From Candidatus Pelagibacterales bacterium (GTDB lineage Bacteria; Pseudomonadota; Alphaproteobacteria; Pelagibacterales; AG-422-B15): 64,000 bases of DNA. The position numbers and the translations under genes are program-made. Below, piece after piece: positions 55,311 through 64,000 of this stretch. Numbering within the stretch: the stretch's first letter is position 1; each line of letters begins with the position of its first letter. The notes under the pieces were generated by a model. The model did no database searches. It saw nothing but the letters and a program-made list of their open reading frames with translations, and had not been told where the DNA came from. The stretch lies in assembly GCA_029242795.1 (NCBI GenBank), contig JAQWTH010000024.1:33192-97191 (forward strand). Reading direction: 5' to 3'.

Positions 55311-56089
55311 TGAAAAAGATAAATAAAAAAAAAGAAGATGATTTTTTATCAAAAGACTGGTTCATATCTAATACAAAAACTATATTTTATGCAATTTTAA
55401 TTGCTCTAGTTATAAGAACTTTTTTCTTCCAACCTTTTTTTATTCCTTCATCTTCAATGGAGCCAAATTTACTGGTGGGTGATCGATTATTTGTATCTAA
55501 GTATTCATATGGGTACAGTAGACATTCTTTCCCATTTAGCCTGAACATCATTAAGGATCGTATTTTTTTTAATAAAATTAAAAGAGGAGATGTTTCAGTA
55601 TTTAAAGTTCCAACTGATACAGGTCCAAATAAAAAGTCTTTTGGTGTTGATTATATAAAACGAATTGTAGCTATTCCTGGTGATAAGATTGAAATGAAGA
55701 ATGGAGTTTTAACAATTAATGACATCAAATTAGAGCAAAGGAAACTAAGAACTGATAAAAAAGTATTAAAAAATGAAAAAATAATTGAATTAGATGTCTT
55801 TTTAGAAACTAACATAGATGGCAAGTCATACGAAATTTATAATTATTATGATGATGGACCTGCAGATGATTTTGAAGAATATATTATTCCAGAAAATTAT
55901 GTCTTTGCTCTTGGTGATAACAGAGATAACTCAAAAGATAGTCGTTTTGTTGGCCCAATACCAATTAAGAATCTAGTTGGAAAAGCTCAAATTATTTTTT
56001 TTTCAACAAAAGATGGTTCTACTATTCTAGAAATTTGGAAATGGCCATTTGGTATTCAGTATAAAAGATTATTTAATTTAATAAATTAA
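55310..56089 (+). CDS. lepB: Signal peptidase I
   Basis: N-terminal TM segment, catalytic SSSMEP box, YIKRIVAIPGD and GDNRDNSKDSR boxes. Confidence 0.95.
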   Translation: MKKINKKKEDDFLSKDWFISNTKTIFYAILIALVIRTFFFQPFFIPSSSMEPNLLVGDRLFVSKYSYGYSRHSFPFSLNIIKDRIFFNKIKRGDVSVFKVPTDTGPNKKSFGVDYIKRIVAIPGDKIEMKNGVLTINDIKLEQRKLRTDKKVLKNEKIIELDVFLETNIDGKSYEIYNYYDDGPADDFEEYIIPENYVFALGDNRDNSKDSRFVGPIPIKNLVGKAQIIFFSTKDGSTILEIWKWPFGIQYKRLFNLIN

Positions 56090-56096
56090 ATTGACC

Positions 56097-56759
56097 ATGC
56101 AAAACAAGATTCAAAAAAAAATTAATTATCATTTCAAAGATGAACGTATTCTTCTCCGTGCACTTACGCATAAAAGTAAAATCAATGAATTAAGTAACGA
56201 AGTATTAGAGTTTTTGGGTGACAGAGTATTGTCATTAATTATTTCTGAGAAATTAATTGAAATGTACCCATTTGATAAAGAGGGAATTTTAGATAAGAAA
56301 CTTAGCAATTTAGTAGATAAGAATGCATGCCATAAGATTGCTCAAAAAATTGATCTAATGGAATTTATTTTATTGGGCAGTACAGAAATTCAATCAGAAG
56401 GTAATCAGAAAAAAAGTATACTATCAAATTGTTGCGAAGCTCTAATCGGTGCAATTTATGAAGATGGTGGTTACGATGAAGCTAAGAAATTTGTATTATT
56501 ATTTTGGGATGACTTATTCAAAAGTTTAGACTTAAAACCTATCGATCCAAAATCTGCTCTACAGGAGAAACTGCTTAAAAAGTATAAAAAACTTCCCATT
56601 TATGAGATAATTAGTAAAAGTGGACCTGATCATAGCCCTGTGTTTTGCATAGAGGTTTCATTTGAAAACTATATTTCTACTAAAGCAGAATCCAGCACAG
56701 TTAAAGAGGCCGAAAAATTGGCAGCTACAAAGTTCATAGAAAGTAATAAGATTAAGTGA
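56097..56759 (+). CDS. rnc: Ribonuclease III
   Basis: ALTHKS...EVLEFLGDRVL catalytic signature and a C-terminal dsRBD. An alternative TTG start is at 56091. Confidence 0.95.
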   Translation: MQNKIQKKINYHFKDERILLRALTHKSKINELSNEVLEFLGDRVLSLIISEKLIEMYPFDKEGILDKKLSNLVDKNACHKIAQKIDLMEFILLGSTEIQSEGNQKKSILSNCCEALIGAIYEDGGYDEAKKFVLLFWDDLFKSLDLKPIDPKSALQEKLLKKYKKLPIYEIISKSGPDHSPVFCIEVSFENYISTKAESSTVKEAEKLAATKFIESNKIK

Positions 56760-57607
56760 AGAGTGGAAGCATATTACTTCTCGGCCCTACTAATTCGGGT
56801 AAATCTACCTTGTTGAATAAAATTGTTGGAAAACGAGTGACTATGGTATCTCGAAAACAACAATCAACAACATTTAATCAAAAAGCTGTAATAAATATAT
56901 CAGAGGCAGAGTTTATTTTTAGTGATACACCAGGAATTTTTGCATCAACTAAAAGAATATCAAATAAAATGACAAACTCAGCTTTTTCTGAGATTGATCA
57001 AGTACATCTTATTTTTTTAGTAATGGATATCTCTAAAAAAAATGAAATAGAATTTAAGAAAATTATTGAAACATTAAAAAATAAAATTAAAAAAGATCAA
57101 AAGATTTTTTTATTATTAAATAAAACAGATAAAGTAAAAAAAAATATAGTTCTTAAGAAAATAGATAAATTTAAAAATTTAGATCTTTTTGATTCCATTT
57201 TTCCAATATCTGCATTATCTAATACTGGTATTGAAAACTTATTAAATTTTACAAAAAATTATCTACCAAAAAGAAAAAATAGATATTCAACAAAAAAAAG
57301 ACTATTCATTAAAAAAGAGTTATTTTACTCAGAAGTAACTCGTGAGAAAATTTATGATATAGTTCATAAAGAGATACCGTATCAATGTAAAGTACTAACT
57401 GAAAAGGTAATTAAGTCAAAGGACTCAGTAAAAATATATCAGATGATAAAAGTAAATAAAAAATCCCATAAAAATATCCTCATTGGTAAGAATGGATCTA
57501 CATTAAAAGAAATTGGAACACTTGCTAGAAAAGAAATTTCAAATTATGAAAATAAAAAAATACACCTTTTTTTATTTGTTAAACTATTTTCTGAAAAAAA
57601 TATATGA
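56756..57607 (+). CDS. era: GTPase Era (GTG start)
   Basis: G1 GPTNSGKST, G3 DTPG, G4 NKTD and a C-terminal KH domain. Conserved rnc-era-recO order. Confidence 0.92.
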   Translation: MKSGSILLLGPTNSGKSTLLNKIVGKRVTMVSRKQQSTTFNQKAVINISEAEFIFSDTPGIFASTKRISNKMTNSAFSEIDQVHLIFLVMDISKKNEIEFKKIIETLKNKIKKDQKIFLLLNKTDKVKKNIVLKKIDKFKNLDLFDSIFPISALSNTGIENLLNFTKNYLPKRKNRYSTKKRLFIKKELFYSEVTREKIYDIVHKEIPYQCKVLTEKVIKSKDSVKIYQMIKVNKKSHKNILIGKNGSTLKEIGTLARKEISNYENKKIHLFLFVKLFSEKNI

Positions 57608-58326
57608 GATGGGAAAGTAATGGATTAATTTTGAATTTTTCCAAATATAATGAAAAGTCATATATTTTAGAAATTTTTACAGAAGAATATGGTAAGCATA
57701 AAGGCATTATAAGAGGACTCCACTCAAAAAATAAGAGATCTATTATAGAGCCAGGAAATGAAGTTTTTGCTACTTGGTCTGGAAGACTTGAAACACACCT
57801 CGGTAATTATAATGTTGAGCCAATTAAATTGTGGTCTTCATATATCTTGCAATTTAAGGACAAATTAAGTGCAATTTCATCTATTTGTTCTTTAATATCC
57901 CTTACCATGGCAGAGCGACAGCCAAATCCTCTAATATATTTTTCAAGTAAAAAACTTATTGAAATTGTTACGTCTACGAGAGATGACTGGGTTAGAGAGT
58001 ATGTATTTTGGGAAATGCAATTATTAAGCGAGATCGGTTATGGCCTAGACCTTGAAAGATGTGCCGTTACCTCAAAATCTTCTGATTTAGTTTATGTTTC
58101 TCCATCAAGTGGCAGAGCAGTAACGAATGAAGGTGCTGGTGAATTTAGAAATAAATTATTTCCTTTACCAAAATTTATGACGGATTTTAAAGCTAATTAT
58201 GATAATGATGATATCTATAATGCTTTGAATTTGACTGAATTTTTTTTTAAGAAAAGATTTTTTCTTCCAAACAATCTTAATTTCCCTCAATCGAGGAATC
58301 GTTTAAAAGAGTTATTCAATCATTAA
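57604..58326 (+). CDS. recO: DNA repair protein RecO
   Basis: 240 aa in the conserved position after era, with an OB-fold N-terminal pattern. Sequence similarity judged by eye is moderate. Confidence 0.8.
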   Translation: MRWESNGLILNFSKYNEKSYILEIFTEEYGKHKGIIRGLHSKNKRSIIEPGNEVFATWSGRLETHLGNYNVEPIKLWSSYILQFKDKLSAISSICSLISLTMAERQPNPLIYFSSKKLIEIVTSTRDDWVREYVFWEMQLLSEIGYGLDLERCAVTSKSSDLVYVSPSSGRAVTNEGAGEFRNKLFPLPKFMTDFKANYDNDDIYNALNLTEFFFKKRFFLPNNLNFPQSRNRLKELFNH

Positions 58327-58330
58327 TTAT

Positions 58331-60538
58331 ATGAGTATAAAAAAAATTGATTTCTCAAATGCACTAGAAGAACGCTACTTATCATATGCATTATCAACAA
58401 TAACTCACAGAGCCCTTCCTGATGTAAGAGATGGATTAAAGCCAGTTCATAGAAGGCTTCTTTTTGCAATGTATCAATTACGATTAAATAATAATTCTGG
58501 ATTTAAAAAATCAGCACGAATTGTTGGTGATGTTATAGGTAAATATCATCCTCACGGTGACCAATCAGTTTATGAAGCTCTTGTAAGGCTGGCTCAAGAA
58601 TTTTCAACACGTTACCCTTTGGTGGATGGACAAGGAAATTTTGGTAATATTGATGGCGATAACGCTGCCGCAATGAGATATACGGAGGCACGTTTGACAT
58701 CACTGGCTGAAATAATGCTAAAAGATATATCTGAAGATACTATTGATTTAATTAAAACTTATGATGGAGTAGAGCAAGAACCCATAGTATTGCCCGCCGC
58801 TTTTCCAAATCTTCTCGCAAATGGAAGTACAGGAATTGCTGTTGGAATGGCAACTAATATACCGCCTCACAATATAGGAGAACTTTTTACGGCTCTTTTA
58901 AAATTTTTAAAAAAACCAAACTTAAGCAATAATGACTTAATTAAAATTATCCCTGGTCCAGATTTCCCAACAGGAGGGAAAATTATTGATAGCAAAGCTT
59001 CACTGAAAGAAGCTTATTCGAAAGGCAAAGGAACAATCAGACTGAGAGCGAACTGGAAAGAAGAAAGCTTAGGTCGTGGTCAATATCAAATTGTTGTTTA
59101 TGAGATTCCTTACCAAGTCAATAAATCGAAAATTATCGAAAAAATATCAGAAATGATTGATGATAAAAAAATTAATTACCTGGAAACTATCCAGGATGAA
59201 TCAACTGAGGATATAAGGATTGTTTTAATTCCAAAAAACAGAACATTTGAGCCTAATGTTGTGATGGAAGATTTATTTAAAAATACTGACCTTGAAATAC
59301 GATATTCAATTAATTTAAACGCTATAAGTAGTAAACTTGATCCCAAAATTTTTAGTTTAAAAGACTCATTGCTATCATTTTTAAATCATCGGTACGATGT
59401 TCTGAAAAGAAGGTCGAAATTCAGACTTTTAAAAGCTAAAAATAGAATTGAGATTCTAAAAGGTTTTTTGATCGTTTTTGCATATTTAAATCAAGTCATA
59501 AAGATTATAAGAACAGAGGATAATCCTGAAAAAAAATTGATGCAAAAATTTAAAATTAACCAAAGGCAAGCTGAGGCGATCTTAGCAATGAGATTAAGAC
59601 AGTTAAAAAAGTTAGAAGAGAAGCAAATTAAAGACGAGCATAAGGAGTTATTAGCGACAAAAAAAGAATTAGAACTAATTCTTCGTTCAAAAACTAAACA
59701 AACTTCATTATTAGAAAATGAATTTAGAGAGAATCTAAAAATTTTTGAGAGTATTAAGGGATGCGTAGATCGTAGAACAATTATTAATAACGATTTCAAG
59801 GTTGTCGAATATCAAGTTGAACAATTTGAAACAAAAGAGCCAGTTTCAGTTGTATTATCAAAAAATGGATGGATTAAATCAATTAAAGGTCATCAAGATA
59901 ATTACGATAATATAAAATATAAAGAAGGTGATAATAAAAAATTCGTTATTTTATGTAAAAATAATGACAGGTTATTGCTTTTTTCTTCTCTTGGAAAATT
60001 TTATACAATTAATTGTTCTAAAATTAATACAGGAAGAGGATTTGGAGATCCAATAAGTTTAATGATTGATAAAAGTGATAATGAAGAAATTATTTTTGTT
60101 AAAATGTATGAGACTGATAAAGAATATTTAATAACAAGCTCATCAGGAAAGGGATTCTTTGTAAACTCTAACGATTTGATGGCATCTACTAAATCTGGAA
60201 AAAAAGTGATGAATTTGAAAGATAATGATCGTGCAGTATCTTGTTATGAAAAAAAAGGTGACCTTATCGGTGTTTTTAGTGGTGAAAAAAAATCAACTAA
60301 ACTTCTCATAATTGATAATTTAGATATTCCACATATGCAAAAAGGTCGTGGAGTCATTCTGCAAAAATTTAAAAATGGTAAAACGCTCTTTTCAATTTGC
60401 TTAGACTCCAATGAAGACATACTTGATAAAAATAATAAAGTTCTGTTATCTACAAAAGAAATGAAAAAATGGTTAGGTAAAAGAGCTCAAGCAGGTAAGA
60501 TTGAACCGAAGAATTTACATTTAAAAATTATAGATTAA
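58331..60538 (+). CDS. parC: DNA topoisomerase IV subunit A
   Basis: Type IIA A-subunit blocks ([34 protein letters not shown]). The 735 aa length fits ParC rather than GyrA. Confidence 0.88.
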   Translation: MSIKKIDFSNALEERYLSYALSTITHRALPDVRDGLKPVHRRLLFAMYQLRLNNNSGFKKSARIVGDVIGKYHPHGDQSVYEALVRLAQEFSTRYPLVDGQGNFGNIDGDNAAAMRYTEARLTSLAEIMLKDISEDTIDLIKTYDGVEQEPIVLPAAFPNLLANGSTGIAVGMATNIPPHNIGELFTALLKFLKKPNLSNNDLIKIIPGPDFPTGGKIIDSKASLKEAYSKGKGTIRLRANWKEESLGRGQYQIVVYEIPYQVNKSKIIEKISEMIDDKKINYLETIQDESTEDIRIVLIPKNRTFEPNVVMEDLFKNTDLEIRYSINLNAISSKLDPKIFSLKDSLLSFLNHRYDVLKRRSKFRLLKAKNRIEILKGFLIVFAYLNQVIKIIRTEDNPEKKLMQKFKINQRQAEAILAMRLRQLKKLEEKQIKDEHKELLATKKELELILRSKTKQTSLLENEFRENLKIFESIKGCVDRRTIINNDFKVVEYQVEQFETKEPVSVVLSKNGWIKSIKGHQDNYDNIKYKEGDNKKFVILCKNNDRLLLFSSLGKFYTINCSKINTGRGFGDPISLMIDKSDNEEIIFVKMYETDKEYLITSSSGKGFFVNSNDLMASTKSGKKVMNLKDNDRAVSCYEKKGDLIGVFSGEKKSTKLLIIDNLDIPHMQKGRGVILQKFKNGKTLFSICLDSNEDILDKNNKVLLSTKEMKKWLGKRAQAGKIEPKNLHLKIID

Positions 60539-60548
60539 TTAAGTCACT

Positions 60549-61838
60549 ATGTCTGATTTTCCAAATAGTTATTATGCAGCAAGCTTAAATAGAAATAAAA
60601 AATCTTATTCAAAACTAACTGGTAATTATGATTGTGATGTATGTGTTATTGGAGGTGGCTTTACTGGGTTATCAACTGCTATTGAAGCTTCGAAACAAGG
60701 TTTAAAAGTAATACTGATTGAACAAAATATAATTGGCTGGGGGGCATCTGGTAGAAATGGAGGTCAAATTTGGAATGATGTTTCTTGGGGAATTGAAAAC
60801 ATAGAAAAAAATTATGGTTTTACTCATGCTAATCAACTTTGGAACATCTCACAAGCAGCTGTAGAATTAATAGATGAACGAATAGCTGAGTTTGGAATAG
60901 AATGTGATAAAAAAAATGGTGGCATTAATGCTGCGACAAGCCCATCAAAATTTCAAGAGTATATTGAAAACTCTGAGTATAAGTTAAAAACTTTTAATTA
61001 TAATAAGATGGAGGTTTTAAGCAAAATACAAACTCAAGAAGAAATTGGTTCCTCTATTTATCATGGCGGTATTTTAGACCATGGCGCTGGACACTTGCAC
61101 CCACTAAAATATTCACTTGGTTTAATGGATGCAGCTGAGCAACTTAATGTAAATATTTTTGAGAATTCCCAAGTTAAAAAGATTAATCAAGCCAGAGACT
61201 ATATTGAAGTTCTTACACCTGATGGGCAAGTGAAGGCTAAAAAAATTGCTGTATGTTGTAATGCATACTTAAAAGGTTTAAACCTAGGAATAGAGAATAA
61301 AATTATGCCATGTGCAACTTACATTGTATGCACTGAACCTCTTGAGTCAGAATTACAAAATTGTATTTTACAAAATGATTATTGTGTAAGTGATACCAAT
61401 TTTGATTTAAATTATTATCGATTGTCAGAAAGTAAAAGAATGTTGTTTGGAGGAGTTGTTGGCTATTCTTTAAAAAATGTCGAAAAACTAAAAAAAAGAA
61501 CCAAGGCGCAATTAGATAAGGTATTTCCTCAACTTAAATCTCTCAAGGTAGATTATATATGGGGAGGATACATTGCCATTACTGTAAATAGAGTCCCTGA
61601 TATTGGAATGTTAGATGATAGAGTTTTTTATGCTCATGGATTTTCTGGTCACGGTGTTGCATTTACTGGTATTGCTGGCAAAATCTTAGCCGAAAGTATG
61701 GCCTCAGAGAAAACGGCTGAATTAGAAGCGTTTGAGAAAATTAAACATAGAAAGTTTCCAGGAGGAAGAATATTTAGAATGCCTCTTCTAGTGACAATAA
61801 GTGCGATGCAAAGAATGATGGACATTTTTAATGCATAA
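60549..61838 (+). CDS. FAD-dependent amine oxidoreductase, PuuB/OrdL-like (gamma-glutamylputrescine oxidase family)
   Basis: SYYAAS..., dinucleotide fold DVCVIGGGFTGLS, GASGRNGGQ, and C-terminal GFSGHGV...FPGGR. It is collinear with my recollection of E. coli PuuB. Confidence 0.78.
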   Translation: MSDFPNSYYAASLNRNKKSYSKLTGNYDCDVCVIGGGFTGLSTAIEASKQGLKVILIEQNIIGWGASGRNGGQIWNDVSWGIENIEKNYGFTHANQLWNISQAAVELIDERIAEFGIECDKKNGGINAATSPSKFQEYIENSEYKLKTFNYNKMEVLSKIQTQEEIGSSIYHGGILDHGAGHLHPLKYSLGLMDAAEQLNVNIFENSQVKKINQARDYIEVLTPDGQVKAKKIAVCCNAYLKGLNLGIENKIMPCATYIVCTEPLESELQNCILQNDYCVSDTNFDLNYYRLSESKRMLFGGVVGYSLKNVEKLKKRTKAQLDKVFPQLKSLKVDYIWGGYIAITVNRVPDIGMLDDRVFYAHGFSGHGVAFTGIAGKILAESMASEKTAELEAFEKIKHRKFPGGRIFRMPLLVTISAMQRMMDIFNA

Positions 61839-62694
61839 GGTTTTATTTATTGGCTTGGGAACTATGGGCTTTCATATGGCTGGCCACCTAAGCAAAAGCA
61901 ATGATGTAATTGTTTATAACAGAACAACTTCAAAATCTCATGAATGGATGAATAAATACGATGGAGGCTTTATTGAAAAATTATCAGAGATTAAGGATGA
62001 ACCAAACTTTGTTGTGTCATGTGTTGGTAACGATGATGATTTAGTTGATATTACCACTTCCGAAAAAGGATGCTTTAATTATCTTAGTAAAAATTCAATT
62101 TTTATTGATCACTCAACAGTTTCACCTCAAGTTGTTAAATTAATTGAAAGTGAAGCAAGCAAGAGGAGTATTCGCTTTCTAGATGCACCTATTTCTGGAG
62201 GAGAGGCTGGCGCAATAAATGGAACATTAAGTATAATGGTGGGAGGTAAAATAGATCATTTCAATTTTGCTAAAAAATTGATGGGCGCTTATGGAAAAAA
62301 AATAAAATATATGGGAGAAACAGGTTCAGGACAATTAACTAAAATAATTAATCAAATCTGTATCGCTGGTTTAGTTCAAGGATTATCTGAAGCAGTATAT
62401 TTTATGAAGCAAACTGATCTAAATGTAGATGATGTTCTTGAAGTAATCTCAAGTGGCGCAGCTCAATCATGGCAACTAGATAATCGTTTAAAAACAATGG
62501 TAGAAGATAAATTTGATTTTGGATTTGCGGTTGATTTAATGAGAAAAGATTTAGGGATCGCATTTAATCAGGCAAGTGAATTTGGAATAGACCTTGAAGT
62601 GACTAAGATTGTTGATCAGTTTTATTCAGACTTACAAGAAATGGGACACAATAAGCTTGATACATCAAGTCTTCTTAAAAGACTAGTCAGATGA
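61831..62694 (+). CDS. NAD(P)-dependent beta-hydroxyacid dehydrogenase (3-hydroxyisobutyrate dehydrogenase family)
   Basis: Rossmann motif FIGLGTMGFHMAGHL, DAPISGGEAGA, and the GSGQLTKIINQ block typical of the HIBADH/GarR/MmsB family. Confidence 0.8.
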   Translation: MHKVLFIGLGTMGFHMAGHLSKSNDVIVYNRTTSKSHEWMNKYDGGFIEKLSEIKDEPNFVVSCVGNDDDLVDITTSEKGCFNYLSKNSIFIDHSTVSPQVVKLIESEASKRSIRFLDAPISGGEAGAINGTLSIMVGGKIDHFNFAKKLMGAYGKKIKYMGETGSGQLTKIINQICIAGLVQGLSEAVYFMKQTDLNVDDVLEVISSGAAQSWQLDNRLKTMVEDKFDFGFAVDLMRKDLGIAFNQASEFGIDLEVTKIVDQFYSDLQEMGHNKLDTSSLLKRLVR

Positions 62695-63690
62695 ATTAAG
62701 AGTTTTTGCAATATAAGGAGCAAAGTATGTAAGTATAGCATCTGCACCTGCTCTTTTAAAAGATGTAAGCTGTTCAATAATTACTTTATCTTCGTCAATC
62801 CAACCCTTTTCACCTGCGGCTTTTATCATTGAATATTCTCCGGATACTTGATACGCGAATGTGGGAAACTTAAACTCATTTTTAATTTTACTAATAATAT
62901 CAAGATAGCTTATTCCAGGTTTTACCATAATAAGATCTGCACCTTCTGAAATATCAAGAGCGGCTTCCCGAAGAGCTTCGTTTGAATTTGAGAAATTCAT
63001 TTGATAACTTTTTTTATCAGATTTTAAGATTTTGTGGGAGCCAACAGCATCTCTGAAAGGTCCATAAAAATTTGATGCATACTTTGCGGCATATGAAAGC
63101 AATATCATATTTTTATAATCATTATTTTCTAATGCTTCTCTTATAAGTCCAATGCGACCATCCATCATATCGGATGGCGCTATAATATCCGCTTTATGCA
63201 TTGCCAATAATAAAGATTGTTGAACCAAAACTTGATTAGTTTCATCATTCAAAATTTCGTATTTATTATTTAGTAAGCCATCATGTCCATGAGATGTATA
63301 AGGATCTAAAGCAACATCACACATTACTCCAAAACTAAGATCCTGATTTTTTATTTTGTCTAATGCCCTGCAAACTAAATTTTTCTCATTAAGAGATTCA
63401 CTTCCATTTTCATTTTTTAACTCATCAGGAGTGTTAGGGAATAGCGCAATAAGATTAATCTTATTATCTGAAGCAATATCAATAACTTCTGATAAGCGGT
63501 CGATAGAATAGCGATAAACTCCAGGCATTGATTGAATTTCGTTTTTTATATTTTCTCCTTCACAAAGAAAAATTGGCCAAATTAAATCATCTCTTGTTAG
63601 CTTATTTTCACTAACTAAATTTCTAATCCATTTAGATTGTCGATTTCTCCTTAATCGACTCAATGGATATTCTTCCAAATAACTAGTCAT
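62683..63690 (-). CDS. hemB: Porphobilinogen synthase (delta-aminolevulinate dehydratase), Asp-rich (non-zinc) metal site
   Basis: LRRNRQSKWIRNLV, DVALDPYTSHGHDG in place of the Cys-rich Zn motif, and an active-site Lys region. Confidence 0.95.
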   Translation of the reverse strand: MTSYLEEYPLSRLRRNRQSKWIRNLVSENKLTRDDLIWPIFLCEGENIKNEIQSMPGVYRYSIDRLSEVIDIASDNKINLIALFPNTPDELKNENGSESLNEKNLVCRALDKIKNQDLSFGVMCDVALDPYTSHGHDGLLNNKYEILNDETNQVLVQQSLLLAMHKADIIAPSDMMDGRIGLIREALENNDYKNMILLSYAAKYASNFYGPFRDAVGSHKILKSDKKSYQMNFSNSNEALREAALDISEGADLIMVKPGISYLDIISKIKNEFKFPTFAYQVSGEYSMIKAAGEKGWIDEDKVIIEQLTSFKRAGADAILTYFAPYIAKTLNSSD

Positions 63691-64000
63691 CTTTTCTTTT
63701 TAGGCATGATTATAAATGAACTTGTAGTATTGATATAATCTTCGTAACCCTCTTTTGTATTTTTTATTTGGCTTTCTAACATTGAAACACCAGATACTTT
63801 TAACAAAAAATAAGTCATAGCAAATGGTGCAATAATGACATAAAAATTAAATGTTACTCCATAAGATATTATAAAAATACCCCACCAAAAAAGGCTATCG
63901 CCAAAATAATTAGGATGTCTTGAGTAATTCCAAAGACCCTTATCCATTACTTTTCCATCATTAGAACTATCAGATTTAAATTTAGTAAGCTGACTATCTG
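63687..64000 (-). CDS. DUF1295/steroid-5-alpha-reductase-like membrane protein (N-terminus outside the window)
   Basis: GLWNYSRHPNYFGDSLFWWG motif. The frame stays open upstream of the listed Met to the window edge. ATGA overlap with hemB. Confidence 0.7.
   Translation of the reverse strand, partial: DSQLTKFKSDSSNDGKVMDKGLWNYSRHPNYFGDSLFWWGIFIISYGVTFNFYVIIAPFAMTYFLLKVSGVSMLESQIKNTKEGYEDYINTTSSFIIMPKKKR

Noticed and set aside
57000-57330. Very A-rich, Lys-rich segment inside era with multiple A7-A9 runs, considered for slippage or pseudogenisation
   Set aside because: The reading frame is continuous through all G motifs and the KH domain. A-runs of this kind occur throughout the window.

Overview
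AT-rich (about 30% G+C by eye), extremely gene-dense core-genome segment of a streamlined alphaproteobacterium. Gene order, the Lys/Asn/Ile-rich proteins and the near absence of spacers look Pelagibacterales (SAR11)-like, but I cannot confirm that without a database search. Positions 1-32004 are a single co-directional run of about 43 genes: tuf 3' end, tRNA-Trp, secE-nusG, rplKAJL, rpoBC, rpsL-rpsG-fusA, the S10/spc/alpha ribosomal-protein clusters with secY and adk, an RluC-like pseudouridine synthase, and propionyl-CoA carboxylase pccBA. Positions 32-49.5 kb hold mixed-strand housekeeping and metabolic genes: a gamma-butyrobetaine-hydroxylase-like dioxygenase coupled to lipB, mgtE, a PuuC-like ALDH/HAD/RidA/GDPD/panC operon, topA, ruvX-pyrB-plsY, gatCAB, tRNA-Ser and slt. 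Positions 49.6-62.7 kb are 14 co-directional genes (dapA, smpB, folK, spoT, pyrE, pdxJ, acpS, lepB, rnc, era, recO, parC, a PuuB-like oxidase and a beta-hydroxyacid dehydrogenase), followed by hemB and a DUF1295-type membrane protein on the minus strand. I found no mobile element, integrase, CRISPR, repeat array, defence- or toxin-like cassette, or cluster of orphan ORFs. Every long ORF not nested in another gene belongs to a recognisable family. I therefore do not see a convincing undescribed multi-gene system here. The leads worth a second look are modest: the ALDH-HAD-RidA-GDPD-panC operon, the lipB-dioxygenase coupling, the PuuB-like/dehydrogenase pair, the Rickettsia-like tuf/fusA arrangement, the loss of space for ribosomal-protein autoregulatory leaders, and convergent genes with overlapping or abutting 3' ends.
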